The translations under genes were made by a program, and so were the position numbers. The notes below the pieces were generated by a model, which saw nothing but the letters and a program-made list of their open reading frames with translations, was not told the origin of the DNA and did no database searches. A stretch of 64,000 nucleotides of DNA from a virus (lineage: Duplodnaviria > Caudoviricetes), in IMG/VR virus record IMGVR_UViG_3300005841_000939; one strand, given 5' to 3'. Shown piece by piece: positions 53,571 to 62,541 of the stretch (its first letter is position 1; each line of letters opens with the position of its first letter).

Positions 53571-54533
53571 TTACAGTAATTTGCGACTTACTTTTATATT
53601 CCATATGCCAGAAATCACTGAAGCTCTTAATGCAATATCAGCATTTGAGTTTCTATATGATACTGCTAAACTTACACCTTCAGTTACACCAATACTTTCA
53701 GTTGAGGTTTCTACTAATTTTATTTCTAATGTTGAATTTTTCCAAATGGCAAATAATCTTGAAGCTCTCAAATTATCGCCAGCATCATCAGAAATTAAAA
53801 TATCCCAAAATACTGCTGTACCTTTAGTTGCAGAAAAAATGTCTAAAGTTGTATTTGTTGAAATATTGTTTGATTCTAATGTTGCGACATATGCGCCATT
53901 GATATTTACTTCACCATTGAATGTTGTATCATCAACGAAAGTTTTATTTCCACTGATTGATTCAGTTCCGGTTAAATGAACAAACTGATTTCCATCAGGT
54001 AAACCATCTTGAAGTGTTTCACCAATATACACATAACATGTAATTTTTGGAATTCCCCATCCAAGATCGGCAGGCGTATAACCAACTTCAAAGTGAACTA
54101 TACCTTGAAATGGATCAATGAACCAAACTCCATTACTTGGTGAAATAAAAGTGTTGTCACCTTTATAAAGTTTTGGTAAAAAACCATTTGATGGATTATT
54201 TGTTCCAACTTCTGGAATCAATGACGGTTGAAGTATTGGTTTTTGCCATGTTGTATCATTGATATACCATGATTGACCATTACTGCCAATAATTTCAGTT
54301 AAAGAAAATTGTGTATATTTTTTGACAATCGTTGGATTGGCAAACGCATAATTATCAGCATCTGTTTGTGTTGCACAATATGGAATTGTTGAAAGTAATA
54401 CATCTTTTGGAAAAACTACGTGTCCAGAAGAATAAGAACTATTAAAGGTGTATTGATTCTCTTCTGTTAAAGTTCTGCCAACAGAGTGAAAAAAACCATA
54501 ATTAGTTTTTAGATGATCTGTAGGCTGTGTCAT
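53571..54533 (-). CDS. Tail fibre-associated structural protein
   Basis: FVHLTGTESISGNKTF; C-terminal W.I.I...LRAS.L...W...STESIG domain. Confidence 0.7.
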   Translation of the reverse strand: MTQPTDHLKTNYGFFHSVGRTLTEENQYTFNSSYSSGHVVFPKDVLLSTIPYCATQTDADNYAFANPTIVKKYTQFSLTEIIGSNGQSWYINDTTWQKPILQPSLIPEVGTNNPSNGFLPKLYKGDNTFISPSNGVWFIDPFQGIVHFEVGYTPADLGWGIPKITCYVYIGETLQDGLPDGNQFVHLTGTESISGNKTFVDDTTFNGEVNINGAYVATLESNNISTNTTLDIFSATKGTAVFWDILISDDAGDNLRASRLFAIWKNSTLEIKLVETSTESIGVTEGVSLAVSYRNSNADIALRASVISGIWNIKVSRKLL

Positions 54534-55159
54534 CCTTTAAATACGCCTTTCCAGATTTTCTTATACCATGGTTCTTTATTTTTAATTATTTGTGTCTTAG
54601 CACTTTTTGAAGAATGTTCTTCTACAACTTTTGGATTTTCAATTTTATTATTGATTGCTGGAACTATTTTAGTTTTTCTTTGTCCAAAAGGAATATCTTC
54701 TTCGTCATCAATTACAATAACTTCATTATCATCACCAAATTCAATATTACATTTATGTAATATGTAAGAGACTTCATCATCAGTTGAATTATTTAAAAAA
54801 TTAATTACATCATTTTTATCAACAAATCTAGGTGTTAATCCATTATTTACGGTATAGTCAATATTCTTTTCTATAATTTTTACCTTTGGAACTTCAATGA
54901 CTATTGTTTTTTCTACAATTTTTACTTTTTCTTGTACAACTTCTTTTTCAATAATTTTTGGAATATATTTGATGATAACTTCATCTTCATCAACGTTACC
55001 TTCAATAGGTTCACCAAGAACATCACGCAATTCATTCATAAATTGACGAGCATCTTTATTGTTTATGACAACACCAACACTGTTATGATCGGTAACGTTT
55101 ACAATAACGCGATACCAACCATTACGACCATTCTTTTGTATTTGTATTTTTTCTGTCAT
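54530..55159 (-). CDS. Hypothetical protein (Lys/Glu/Val-rich)
   Basis: ATGA-coupled within the structural cluster. Confidence 0.7.
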   Translation of the reverse strand: MTEKIQIQKNGRNGWYRVIVNVTDHNSVGVVINNKDARQFMNELRDVLGEPIEGNVDEDEVIIKYIPKIIEKEVVQEKVKIVEKTIVIEVPKVKIIEKNIDYTVNNGLTPRFVDKNDVINFLNNSTDDEVSYILHKCNIEFGDDNEVIVIDDEEDIPFGQRKTKIVPAINNKIENPKVVEEHSSKSAKTQIIKNKEPWYKKIWKGVFKG

Positions 55160-55169
55160 GCGTTATCCT

Positions 55170-56837
55170 TTATGTCCAGTTACCAAACTCAATGTAATCA
55201 AGCAAAACACTTGAGGTGCTTGGCATACTTATTCTGAAATATATCCCCCATCCATCAGGCCCTGTCATTGCAGTAGTTGTTCCTAAAGGACCACTTCCCA
55301 ATGTAAATTCTATTGCAGGACTGCTATTGTTTAAATTAACACTATCTGAATTTATTCTACATCCACTACCGTCTGGCAATTGTCCTAATGTACCATCCCA
55401 ATCTTGTGAACAATCAAGCCAATTTATATTATCTAAACTTATTTCTATTGTCATTTCACCCGATGAAAATTGTGCTTCTGATAATCCATTCAAATATATT
55501 ATCCCATTTGAATGTGAAACGCCAGAATGTCTAAATCCACGATAAAACCATTGTGTTGCAGCACCAGTTGTATAGTTAGCTGAATTTGTTGGTTGATAAG
55601 TTGACCAATTTCCATATCGTGTAGATAATACATCGTTATTAACAAATAAATCAGTATTTGTTAATGCGGTTGAAGAATTCCATGCATTCCATGATGAATC
55701 AGTTCTTTGATTTTCATCACGAAAATCTTCAAGAATGTCACTTGAATTTGCTGTAAAAGTATCAATCAAATAATTTACACCAGATGAGCTTATTTCAGGA
55801 ATTATTGCTGACCAATCATAAGCTTGCGCTTTAATTTTTTGTGATGATGAAATAGAACGATATGATGGACGATTAATTGGTTTTATAGAAGCGTAGGTAG
55901 CATTGACATTATCCCATGCAGCAGTCCAATTTGATAATGCACTAACTGAAAGTGTATATGTATTTAAACCTACGTTTTTTCCATCAATTGTTATCACATT
56001 ATCAGGCCATGTTTCATTATTAATATTATCAATATCAGTAATACCAATCGTAAACGTATCACCCAAATCATAATAACGAACACCACTCAAATATTTTGAT
56101 GAATTGATGGTATTTTGTGATAGTGACAAACCTGAAATTGTTGGTGGAGTTAGATTAGCATCATAAAAGAATGGGCCATCAGTAAATGTACTTGTAGTTG
56201 TTCCATCTTGACCAGTGTAAATAGAAACTCTTCCACCATTTGGGATAATTGCAGAAATATCAATTTGAACAAAAACTCTAGCTTTAAAGCGATCATAATC
56301 ACCTTGCCAATTTGATACAACAATTCTGATGTTGTTTATTGTTGTATCACTGTTTCCTGTAACAGGAGAAAGTGAACGTTGTTTGATTATAGAAAATCCA
56401 TCGGCATCAAGAACTTTAACACGGAATGTTTCCATGTTAGTATTGAAACTAATCAGCCCAGGAGAATTATAATTAAGTAAAGTTGTATTAAACGCACCAT
56501 GAACAGTACTTGCTGTCCAATCACCAATTTTAAATGGTGTACCTTCTGTTGATGGTGCTGAAATATTTCTTGGAGTTGTTGGAAATGCTGAAATTGCATT
56601 TGTTCCCATGTTCCAATAAGGTACATACTGGACATCAGGAATATATATTTTTGCAATTGTCCCACTGAGACTAACAACTGTATTTGAAATAAAATCAATA
56701 CCAGTAGCTACAGAGGTAACTAAGCTACCATCGTCATAAATGATAATGGTATTATTTCCACTGCCGCCACCTGTTATTGGACCTGAACCACCACTAGAGC
56801 CGCGACCATCCGAATATATACCTGGGAATACTGGCAC
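55170..56837 (-). CDS. Virion structural protein, beta-rich
   Basis: Gly-rich N-terminus, Ser/Thr/Asn-rich; late promoter 19 nt upstream. Confidence 0.65.
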   Translation of the reverse strand: MPVFPGIYSDGRGSSGGSGPITGGGSGNNTIIIYDDGSLVTSVATGIDFISNTVVSLSGTIAKIYIPDVQYVPYWNMGTNAISAFPTTPRNISAPSTEGTPFKIGDWTASTVHGAFNTTLLNYNSPGLISFNTNMETFRVKVLDADGFSIIKQRSLSPVTGNSDTTINNIRIVVSNWQGDYDRFKARVFVQIDISAIIPNGGRVSIYTGQDGTTTSTFTDGPFFYDANLTPPTISGLSLSQNTINSSKYLSGVRYYDLGDTFTIGITDIDNINNETWPDNVITIDGKNVGLNTYTLSVSALSNWTAAWDNVNATYASIKPINRPSYRSISSSQKIKAQAYDWSAIIPEISSSGVNYLIDTFTANSSDILEDFRDENQRTDSSWNAWNSSTALTNTDLFVNNDVLSTRYGNWSTYQPTNSANYTTGAATQWFYRGFRHSGVSHSNGIIYLNGLSEAQFSSGEMTIEISLDNINWLDCSQDWDGTLGQLPDGSGCRINSDSVNLNNSSPAIEFTLGSGPLGTTTAMTGPDGWGIYFRISMPSTSSVLLDYIEFGNWT

Positions 56838-56856
56838 GAAGTTTTCCTTCGTTCAG

Positions 56857-56870
56857 TATTTATAGATTTT
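56857..56870 (-). promoter_or_regulatory. T4-type late promoter AAAATCTATAAATA
   Basis: Heads the tail-fibre operon. Confidence 0.6.
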
Positions 56871-56876
56871 TACAGC

Positions 56877-57104
56877 TTAGGCTGGGGATTTATACAACAC
56901 TCTAATCTCATCATTTTCTGTAAATAGTCCAGTTGCATACATTAAATGTGAAAATTGTTGTTTATCTGATCCAGGTTTTAAATAAATGATTACTACCGCA
57001 TCAGTTTCATCCCAATCGGTACCAACAAAAAGATTTTTAACTAAATCCGAAAAATAAAGTAATGCTTTATCTATACGTTTTAAAATGTCATCTTTGTTAG
57101 CCAT
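56877..57104 (-). CDS. Hypothetical protein
   Basis: 75-aa ORF. Confidence 0.6.
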   Translation of the reverse strand: MANKDDILKRIDKALLYFSDLVKNLFVGTDWDETDAVVIIYLKPGSDKQQFSHLMYATGLFTENDEIRVLYKSPA

Positions 57105-57139
57105 AATAATCTCGGAATAAATAGGTTAGATACCTCTAT

Positions 57140-57727
57140 TTATTTGACTAATGGCTCTTTTATTTTATAACCTAGATGTTTTTCTATTTCAATAATCACT
57201 GCATCAATAGATTCTCTGTTTTTTGTTGCAGTAATATAGGGCAATTGTTCTTTATCTAAGAATGTTTGAATGTTATTATCAATCTGTTTTGATTGCTCAA
57301 GAGTTTGTGTTCTACCAGCTTGTTGATATTTTCCATGCATTCTCTCAATCAAAATATTGAGATTATTTTTACGCTTGTATGTTTCTAGAACTAAGGTTTT
57401 AAATGCATCATCAATTGCTTGAGCAATTGGCTTGTAATAAAACAAACCAATTAAGATTGGACTATCGGTAATAATGATGTCAACTTTACCTTCCAAACGA
57501 TCCTGGCGATATAATTGATTGGCGGTTGTATAAAATTGATTATTTAAGGCACACCAATTCTCTTCCCATGTAAAATCTTTAGCTACCTCAGTAACTAATT
57601 CACAATTTACACCTAAAGTCTTCAATTTATGAAATAATCCTGCCGAAAAAGTAGACTTTCCAGCATTTGGACCTCCATAACAGTTAATAATCAATGGTGT
57701 TTTAGCAATAATAGGTTTGTCTGTCAT
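57140..57727 (-). CDS. AAA_28/NadR-Ttd14-like P-loop nucleotide kinase
   Basis: INCYGGPNAGKST, ELVTEVAKD, IITDSPIL, GRTQT. Confidence 0.82.
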   Translation of the reverse strand: MTDKPIIAKTPLIINCYGGPNAGKSTFSAGLFHKLKTLGVNCELVTEVAKDFTWEENWCALNNQFYTTANQLYRQDRLEGKVDIIITDSPILIGLFYYKPIAQAIDDAFKTLVLETYKRKNNLNILIERMHGKYQQAGRTQTLEQSKQIDNNIQTFLDKEQLPYITATKNRESIDAVIIEIEKHLGYKIKEPLVK

Positions 57728-57799
57728 AGCTTTTATTATAAACCATAAAAACGCAGATTAAAAGAGAAACTCCTCTATTGCTTTTACAAGATTATCCCC

Positions 57800-57813
57800 A
57801 AAATCTATAAATA
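57800..57813 (+). promoter_or_regulatory. T4-type late promoter AAAATCTATAAATA
   Basis: Identical 14-mer to 56857-56870; 19 nt upstream of ATG 57833. Confidence 0.55.
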
Positions 57814-57832
57814 CGAATATATAGCTACCACT

Positions 57833-57937
57833 ATGAAACAGCTTACCATTAACTACGACAAGCCATGGAAAAAGAATAGGGAAGAACTTGTTAAAAAAGT
57901 TCTCAATCCTAAAATAAAGAAAGATAATAAAAAGTGA
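57833..57937 (+). CDS. Small basic protein, 34 aa
   Basis: Hand translation MKQLTINYDKPWKKNREELVKKVLNPKIKKDNKK*; GTGA overlap with the thioredoxin gene. Confidence 0.55.
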   Translation: MKQLTINYDKPWKKNREELVKKVLNPKIKKDNKK

Positions 57938-58239
57938 ACATCCTATTTTTCAATATGAAAGGCTGTCAATGGTGCAAACGTCAAGAATCAGTTCTTCAAC
58001 GTTTTCCTCCATCTGCTATTACAGTAATCCCTATTGAAAGAAAAGATATTTCACCACGTTGGAAGATTTCTAGATTTCCTACTCTAGTATTTACAGATGA
58101 TTCTGTTGTACATCCAAAAGAGTTGGCTAGACTTGTTGGCTTCCAAGATGAGCAACAAATACGTCAAACTCTTAACAAACTTGCCATGAGACAAAAGATT
58201 ATGGAATCATGGAAGCGAATTAAGAATTTAGGCGATTAA
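57934..58239 (+). CDS. Thioredoxin/glutaredoxin-like protein
   Basis: CQWC active site; cis-Pro motif RFPTLVF. Confidence 0.85.
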   Translation: MNILFFNMKGCQWCKRQESVLQRFPPSAITVIPIERKDISPRWKISRFPTLVFTDDSVVHPKELARLVGFQDEQQIRQTLNKLAMRQKIMESWKRIKNLGD

Positions 58240-58241
58240 TC

Positions 58242-58269
58242 TTGCAAATCGGTTAGACTAATATATAAT
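58242..58269 (+). promoter_or_regulatory. sigma70-like promoter TTGCAA-N16-TATAAT
   Basis: Intergenic, upstream of the QueD-like gene. Confidence 0.65.
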
Positions 58270-58286
58270 TGTACAAAAGGTATCTT

Positions 58287-59198
58287 ATGAAAGATGTTTT
58301 CTCACTATTCATCGAGGATTTAACTATTCTCGATTGCGCAATCTGGCACCCTGCAAGAGGAGCGATTGGTTATTCCTGGACGGTTGGCATAGAATTTATT
58401 GGTGCCACAACTGGTGAAGGCGTTGTCTTTGATTTTTCGTTAGCTAAGAAATTTGCTAAGAAAGTCATTGATGAAACTGCTGATCACGGTTTTATTGTTC
58501 CAAAAAAATATACACATAAAATGAGTGATACTCATTTGATTTTTGCAAAAGATGATTTCACTTATAGTGCCCCTGAACATGCTTTTTACGTTTTGGATAC
58601 AGTATCAACAGAATCAATCGCAACACATCTTCAAGAAAAAATATTGAAAAAATGTCAAGAAGAAAAAGATTGTGGATCACTTGATTCTGTTGTAATTTAT
58701 TTGAAATCTGAACATGATCTTAATCAAAAATATTTTAATTATATTCATGGATTAAAGCAGCACTATGGTAATTGCCAACGTTTGATTCATGGTCATAGAT
58801 CAACACTTAAAGTGTGGATTAATGAATCAAGACATTCAGGATACGAAAGTCATCTTATTGAATTATTTCATGATAAACAATTAGCCATACATGAAAATGC
58901 AACGTTTAATGAATCAGGTACAGAATGCGAATTGAAATATACCAGTAAACAAGGTGAATTCAGAGCAACAATTGATCCTAGAAAAGTATTGATTATGCCT
59001 TATGAGACTACTATTGAAAATATTAGTAAATTCGCAGCAACTACCTTAAAGAATGATTTTAAAGAATTGAAAAATTCGGTCGTTACTGTTGCAGTATATG
59101 AAGGTATAGGCAAGGGTAGTAAGTTCACTCTTGACCAGACATATCAAACAGCAAAATTAGAACAGAAATTAATGGAAGAAACATGCCACACATTCTAG
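58287..59198 (+). CDS. queD: Two-domain 6-pyruvoyl-tetrahydropterin synthase/QueD-like protein
   Basis: LFIEDLTILD, VFDFSLAKK, DETADH, HGLKQHYGNCQRLIHGHRS, ETTIENI. Confidence 0.75.
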   Translation: MKDVFSLFIEDLTILDCAIWHPARGAIGYSWTVGIEFIGATTGEGVVFDFSLAKKFAKKVIDETADHGFIVPKKYTHKMSDTHLIFAKDDFTYSAPEHAFYVLDTVSTESIATHLQEKILKKCQEEKDCGSLDSVVIYLKSEHDLNQKYFNYIHGLKQHYGNCQRLIHGHRSTLKVWINESRHSGYESHLIELFHDKQLAIHENATFNESGTECELKYTSKQGEFRATIDPRKVLIMPYETTIENISKFAATTLKNDFKELKNSVVTVAVYEGIGKGSKFTLDQTYQTAKLEQKLMEETCHTF

Positions 59199-59374
59199 AA
59201 ACCATCCAGGCTGAATGCGAGACTATCAAAAAAAGACTCAAGGTTAATTATGGTCCTGCCCTTGGTAAGCAATTGATTGCCGGTGCTGAAGAATCGGTTG
59301 ATTATTCATATCAAGCCGAAAGAAATGTTGAATGGTGGGTAAAATATCGTTCAGCATTAGAGGAAAGATTATAA
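59183..59374 (+). CDS. Hypothetical protein
   Basis: Overlaps both neighbours; GGA SD. Confidence 0.6.
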   Translation: MPHILETIQAECETIKKRLKVNYGPALGKQLIAGAEESVDYSYQAERNVEWWVKYRSALEERL

Positions 59375-59865
59375 TGGGAATGACGACATTTGCTAAATTC
59401 ATGGAAAATAAAAATACACCAGTAAAGTATATTTTCCTTGACCTAGATGGTACCTTGCGTGAACATGGTACAGAAGGAATGGCACCTCATACAATTGAAG
59501 CAATAAAAGTTTTTCCTTGGGTTCAAGCACGAATTGCAGAAGCTATTAGAAATGGTTTCAAACCTGTCGGAGCAACCAATCAAGCGCGATCCTGTGAGTT
59601 GTTTGGAAGCAAAGTTGTTGAGCAATGTATTGCTGAAACTCTTCGTCAAATTGGAATTGATTTTCCAGTAATTTATGCCGAGACAAGAGAGCAATGTAAA
59701 CCTAATACATATATGCTTGATCGTGCAGAAGAGTTATTCGGTCCAGCAGATAAGGATCATAGCATCTTTGTTGGTGATGACTTACAAAAAGATAAAGTGG
59801 CAGCCGAAAAGTTTGGAATTAAATGGATTTCACCTGAACAATTTAGAGATTCAGGCACTAAGTGA
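59374..59865 (+). CDS. HAD-IIIA phosphatase (GmhB/PNK-3'-phosphatase-like)
   Basis: IFLDLDGTL, ATNQ, CKP, FVGDD..KD; start moved to ATG 59374 (GAGGA SD, TAATG overlap). Confidence 0.85.
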   Translation: MGMTTFAKFMENKNTPVKYIFLDLDGTLREHGTEGMAPHTIEAIKVFPWVQARIAEAIRNGFKPVGATNQARSCELFGSKVVEQCIAETLRQIGIDFPVIYAETREQCKPNTYMLDRAEELFGPADKDHSIFVGDDLQKDKVAAEKFGIKWISPEQFRDSGTK

Positions 59866-59880
59866 TATAATTACTTGGTT

Positions 59881-60549
59881 ATGAAACCAAGAACCTTGGC
59901 ACGTTTGGCACTTCAAAAAATTGAAGACGGAACATTTATTTTTGACTCGGAGGAGAGAAAAAAAGAATCAATCCGCCAAATGAAAAGAATAATTGCTGGA
60001 AGACCTAGTTTCAAAAACGATGGTGATGATCCAATTATTGAAATTCATATCTCAGTATATACTCCAAATTTTGATTATCCTGTAGTACCAATCAAAGAGA
60101 ATGAACCTTTTGTATGGAAAGAAGATAGTTTATATATTGTTCCTGGTTTTGGTACACATACAGTCAGAGCTATGAGTTTAAATGGTAATTTCTATAATCT
60201 ACAATTTTGTGATTCATTGGCTCCATTTAGATCATCAATTATCAAAGTAGACAAATATACTGATCCTATTAGAGCAGCCCACGCACTTGTTTGCACTGCA
60301 TCTAAAATAATCAATAAGAAAGAATATCGTAAAAATGCTGTAATGGATTCTCAGTTATGTCTTTCTGATGAATTATTGTTGACGCATTGGGATTCTATAC
60401 CAAATAAGAAAGAATTTGAAGATAAACAGAAGCATTTGTATGTTAAATGGCTTCAAAAGTGGATTTCTTTCTATCATAAGAGCCCTGAAACACATATGAA
60501 AGTGCTCAAAGTAACAAAAGATACAAAAGAAAATATAAATACCCACTGA
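59881..60549 (+). CDS. Hypothetical protein
   Basis: Long ORF; TGaTATAAT upstream. Confidence 0.7.
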   Translation: MKPRTLARLALQKIEDGTFIFDSEERKKESIRQMKRIIAGRPSFKNDGDDPIIEIHISVYTPNFDYPVVPIKENEPFVWKEDSLYIVPGFGTHTVRAMSLNGNFYNLQFCDSLAPFRSSIIKVDKYTDPIRAAHALVCTASKIINKKEYRKNAVMDSQLCLSDELLLTHWDSIPNKKEFEDKQKHLYVKWLQKWISFYHKSPETHMKVLKVTKDTKENINTH

Positions 60550-60608
60550 ATCATACAGATTCGTTGGTAGGATCCACCAACTGAACATCTTTCCTTAAGG
60601 AGAAACAA

Positions 60609-60953
60609 ATGGCCGAGAAACCAAAAGAAACCCCATCAGAAACAAAGCCATTTTCGGCTCTTGGCGCTGAACGTACTGAATCTAATATCAAGAAGAAGTC
60701 ATGGGAGCGCGAAGAACCATTCCAAGGTAAAAAGGGTGGTTATAATGCAGTTGGCACAAAGAGTAAGCAAAACGGTACTGGTGCCGAAAGATCAGAATCA
60801 GCATACCGCAAAGGGGAGCCAACAAAGGCAGAACCATTCATGGGCGGAAAAAATGAAGGTTACAAGCATGTTGGAACCAAATCAAAATCTGGTGGCGATG
60901 GCAAGGAACGCACAGAAAGTGCAATTCCTAAGAAGAGTCCATGGCGTAATTGA
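60609..60953 (+). CDS. Small basic, repetitive, disordered protein
   Basis: Three G[AK]ER[TS]ES units and two EPF.G.K..GY..VGTKSK units; AAGGAG SD. Confidence 0.8.
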   Translation: MAEKPKETPSETKPFSALGAERTESNIKKKSWEREEPFQGKKGGYNAVGTKSKQNGTGAERSESAYRKGEPTKAEPFMGGKNEGYKHVGTKSKSGGDGKERTESAIPKKSPWRN

Positions 60954-60968
60954 AGTAATTCAATGCTT

Positions 60969-61000
60969 AAACCCAAGATCAAAAGTCTTGGGTTTTTTGT
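60969..61000 (+). terminator. Intrinsic terminator
   Basis: AAACCCAAGA-TCAAAAG-TCTTGGGTTT followed by TTTGT. Confidence 0.85.
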
Positions 61001-61045
61001 TAAAGTTATAGGGACTTCTATCTTGTAAGCATATAAATATAAAGT

Positions 61046-62011
61046 ATGAAATATGACTTTAATGAAATTTATGCCGATTATGAATCAGGCTTAACTAAAA
61101 AACAACTATGTAAAAAATTTAAAATTAGTAATAAAACAATAAACAAGCTGTTTAAAGTTAATAATAAATCTTTACGTAATCCTGGATATAATTCTGGTTC
61201 ATATCATCACAAAGATAAACGTAAAGCTGATTTATACTACAAATTAGAAGAAAATTATCAATATATTGTTGATCAATATGCAAATGGAAAAACATCTGTT
61301 GAATTGGCTAAAGAATTCTATTGTAAACCGACATATATCATTGCATTCTTGCACAGAAAAAATATAGTCTTAAATGGACCTAATGAGATAAGACAAAAAG
61401 AACTTAAAGAAAAATTAGAATTAAACAAAGAAAAAATTATTGACCTTTATGTTAATCAACAAAAAAGAATTCAAGACATAGAAAAACAATTTAATCTATC
61501 AAGAGGAGTTGTAAGAAGATTTTTAAAAGAACATAATATATTAAGAACAAGAGCACAATCACGAAAAATATATCGAGGTGGTTTTTTAAATTTTTTCGAC
61601 AAAATGACTAAAGAAGAAAAGCAAGAATATTTTTGGAAAAATATATGTGTTAACAATCCAAATTCACAAGCAAATAAAACTTTCTTAATTCTTAAGGAAT
61701 TATTTCCAAACGTTATAATTGAGCCAGAAAAAATTTTCATTGTTGATGGAAAGAGAATGAGGGGAGACTTCTACTTTGAATGGAATGAAGAAAAATTTCT
61801 TGTTGAGTATAATGGAATTCAACACTACAAGCCAGTAAAGTTTCCTGGCATGGATGATGAGGCTGCAAAAGCTAAATTTGAATATCAAACAAACCGCGAT
61901 GAAAGATTACGATCTTATTGCGCTGAACAAGGTATTCTACTTATAGAAATTGATTGCAGAATCGCAAGAAAAAGTGGTTTACGAGAAACAATATTGGATC
62001 AGTTTAAATGA
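61046..62011 (+). mobile_element. Putative free-standing homing endonuclease (three HTH-like repeats + Vsr/DUF559-like PD-(D/E)xK nuclease)
   Basis: YESGLTKKQLCKKF, YANGKTSVELAKEF, QKRIQDIEKQF; RGDFYF...VEYNGIQHY...RDERLRSYC..QGILLIEI. Confidence 0.7.
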
Positions 62012-62484
62012 CAGAAGATTATGTAACATTAACAATTACTGACATGAAAAAATTGATTGATGGGGTTATTGACTCAAACATATCATTATTTGCATCAATT
62101 GATTCATCAAAACTTCCATTATTGAAAAAATATCTTTTTGTCATTGTGGATGGATCAGGTGATGCAGATTTATGTTTTTTAAATAAAAGTAAAGTAAAAA
62201 CCCCGGGTCTTATTCATTATGAATTATTAGTAGAAAAATCTCAAAATTGTTTGTTTATCATAGACATGCCGCAGTGGATAAAATGTGATCCTGAAATAGC
62301 ATTCACGACCAAACCCACATCTATATTTATTTTTAATAAAATGTTTATAGGATCAGTTAATACTAAAGGTGAATTGAGAAAACTCATTAAACACCTTGGT
62401 TATACTAAGCATTATTTTAATGAATCGTATCCAATTGATTATGTAAGGAAACCTTTACAAAAAACTAAGAATCACAAGTCTTGA
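62008..62484 (+). CDS. Hypothetical protein
   Basis: ATGA-coupled to the endonuclease gene. Confidence 0.65.
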   Translation: MTEDYVTLTITDMKKLIDGVIDSNISLFASIDSSKLPLLKKYLFVIVDGSGDADLCFLNKSKVKTPGLIHYELLVEKSQNCLFIIDMPQWIKCDPEIAFTTKPTSIFIFNKMFIGSVNTKGELRKLIKHLGYTKHYFNESYPIDYVRKPLQKTKNHKS

Positions 62485-62496
62485 GGTTTTTTGTTT
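62462..62496 (+). terminator. Degenerate copy of the 60969 terminator
   Basis: AAACTAAGAATCACAAGTCTTGAGGTTTTTTGTTT versus AAACCCAAGATCAAAAGTCTTGGGTTTTTTGTT. Confidence 0.55.
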
Positions 62497-62507
62497 ATAG
62501 GATTAGT

Positions 62508-62535
62508 TTGCAAATTATTTTTAATATTTTAAAAT
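62508..62535 (+). promoter_or_regulatory. sigma70-like promoter TTGCAA-N16-TAAAAT
   Basis: 6 nt upstream of ATG 62542. Confidence 0.6.
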
Positions 62536-62541
62536 GATAAG

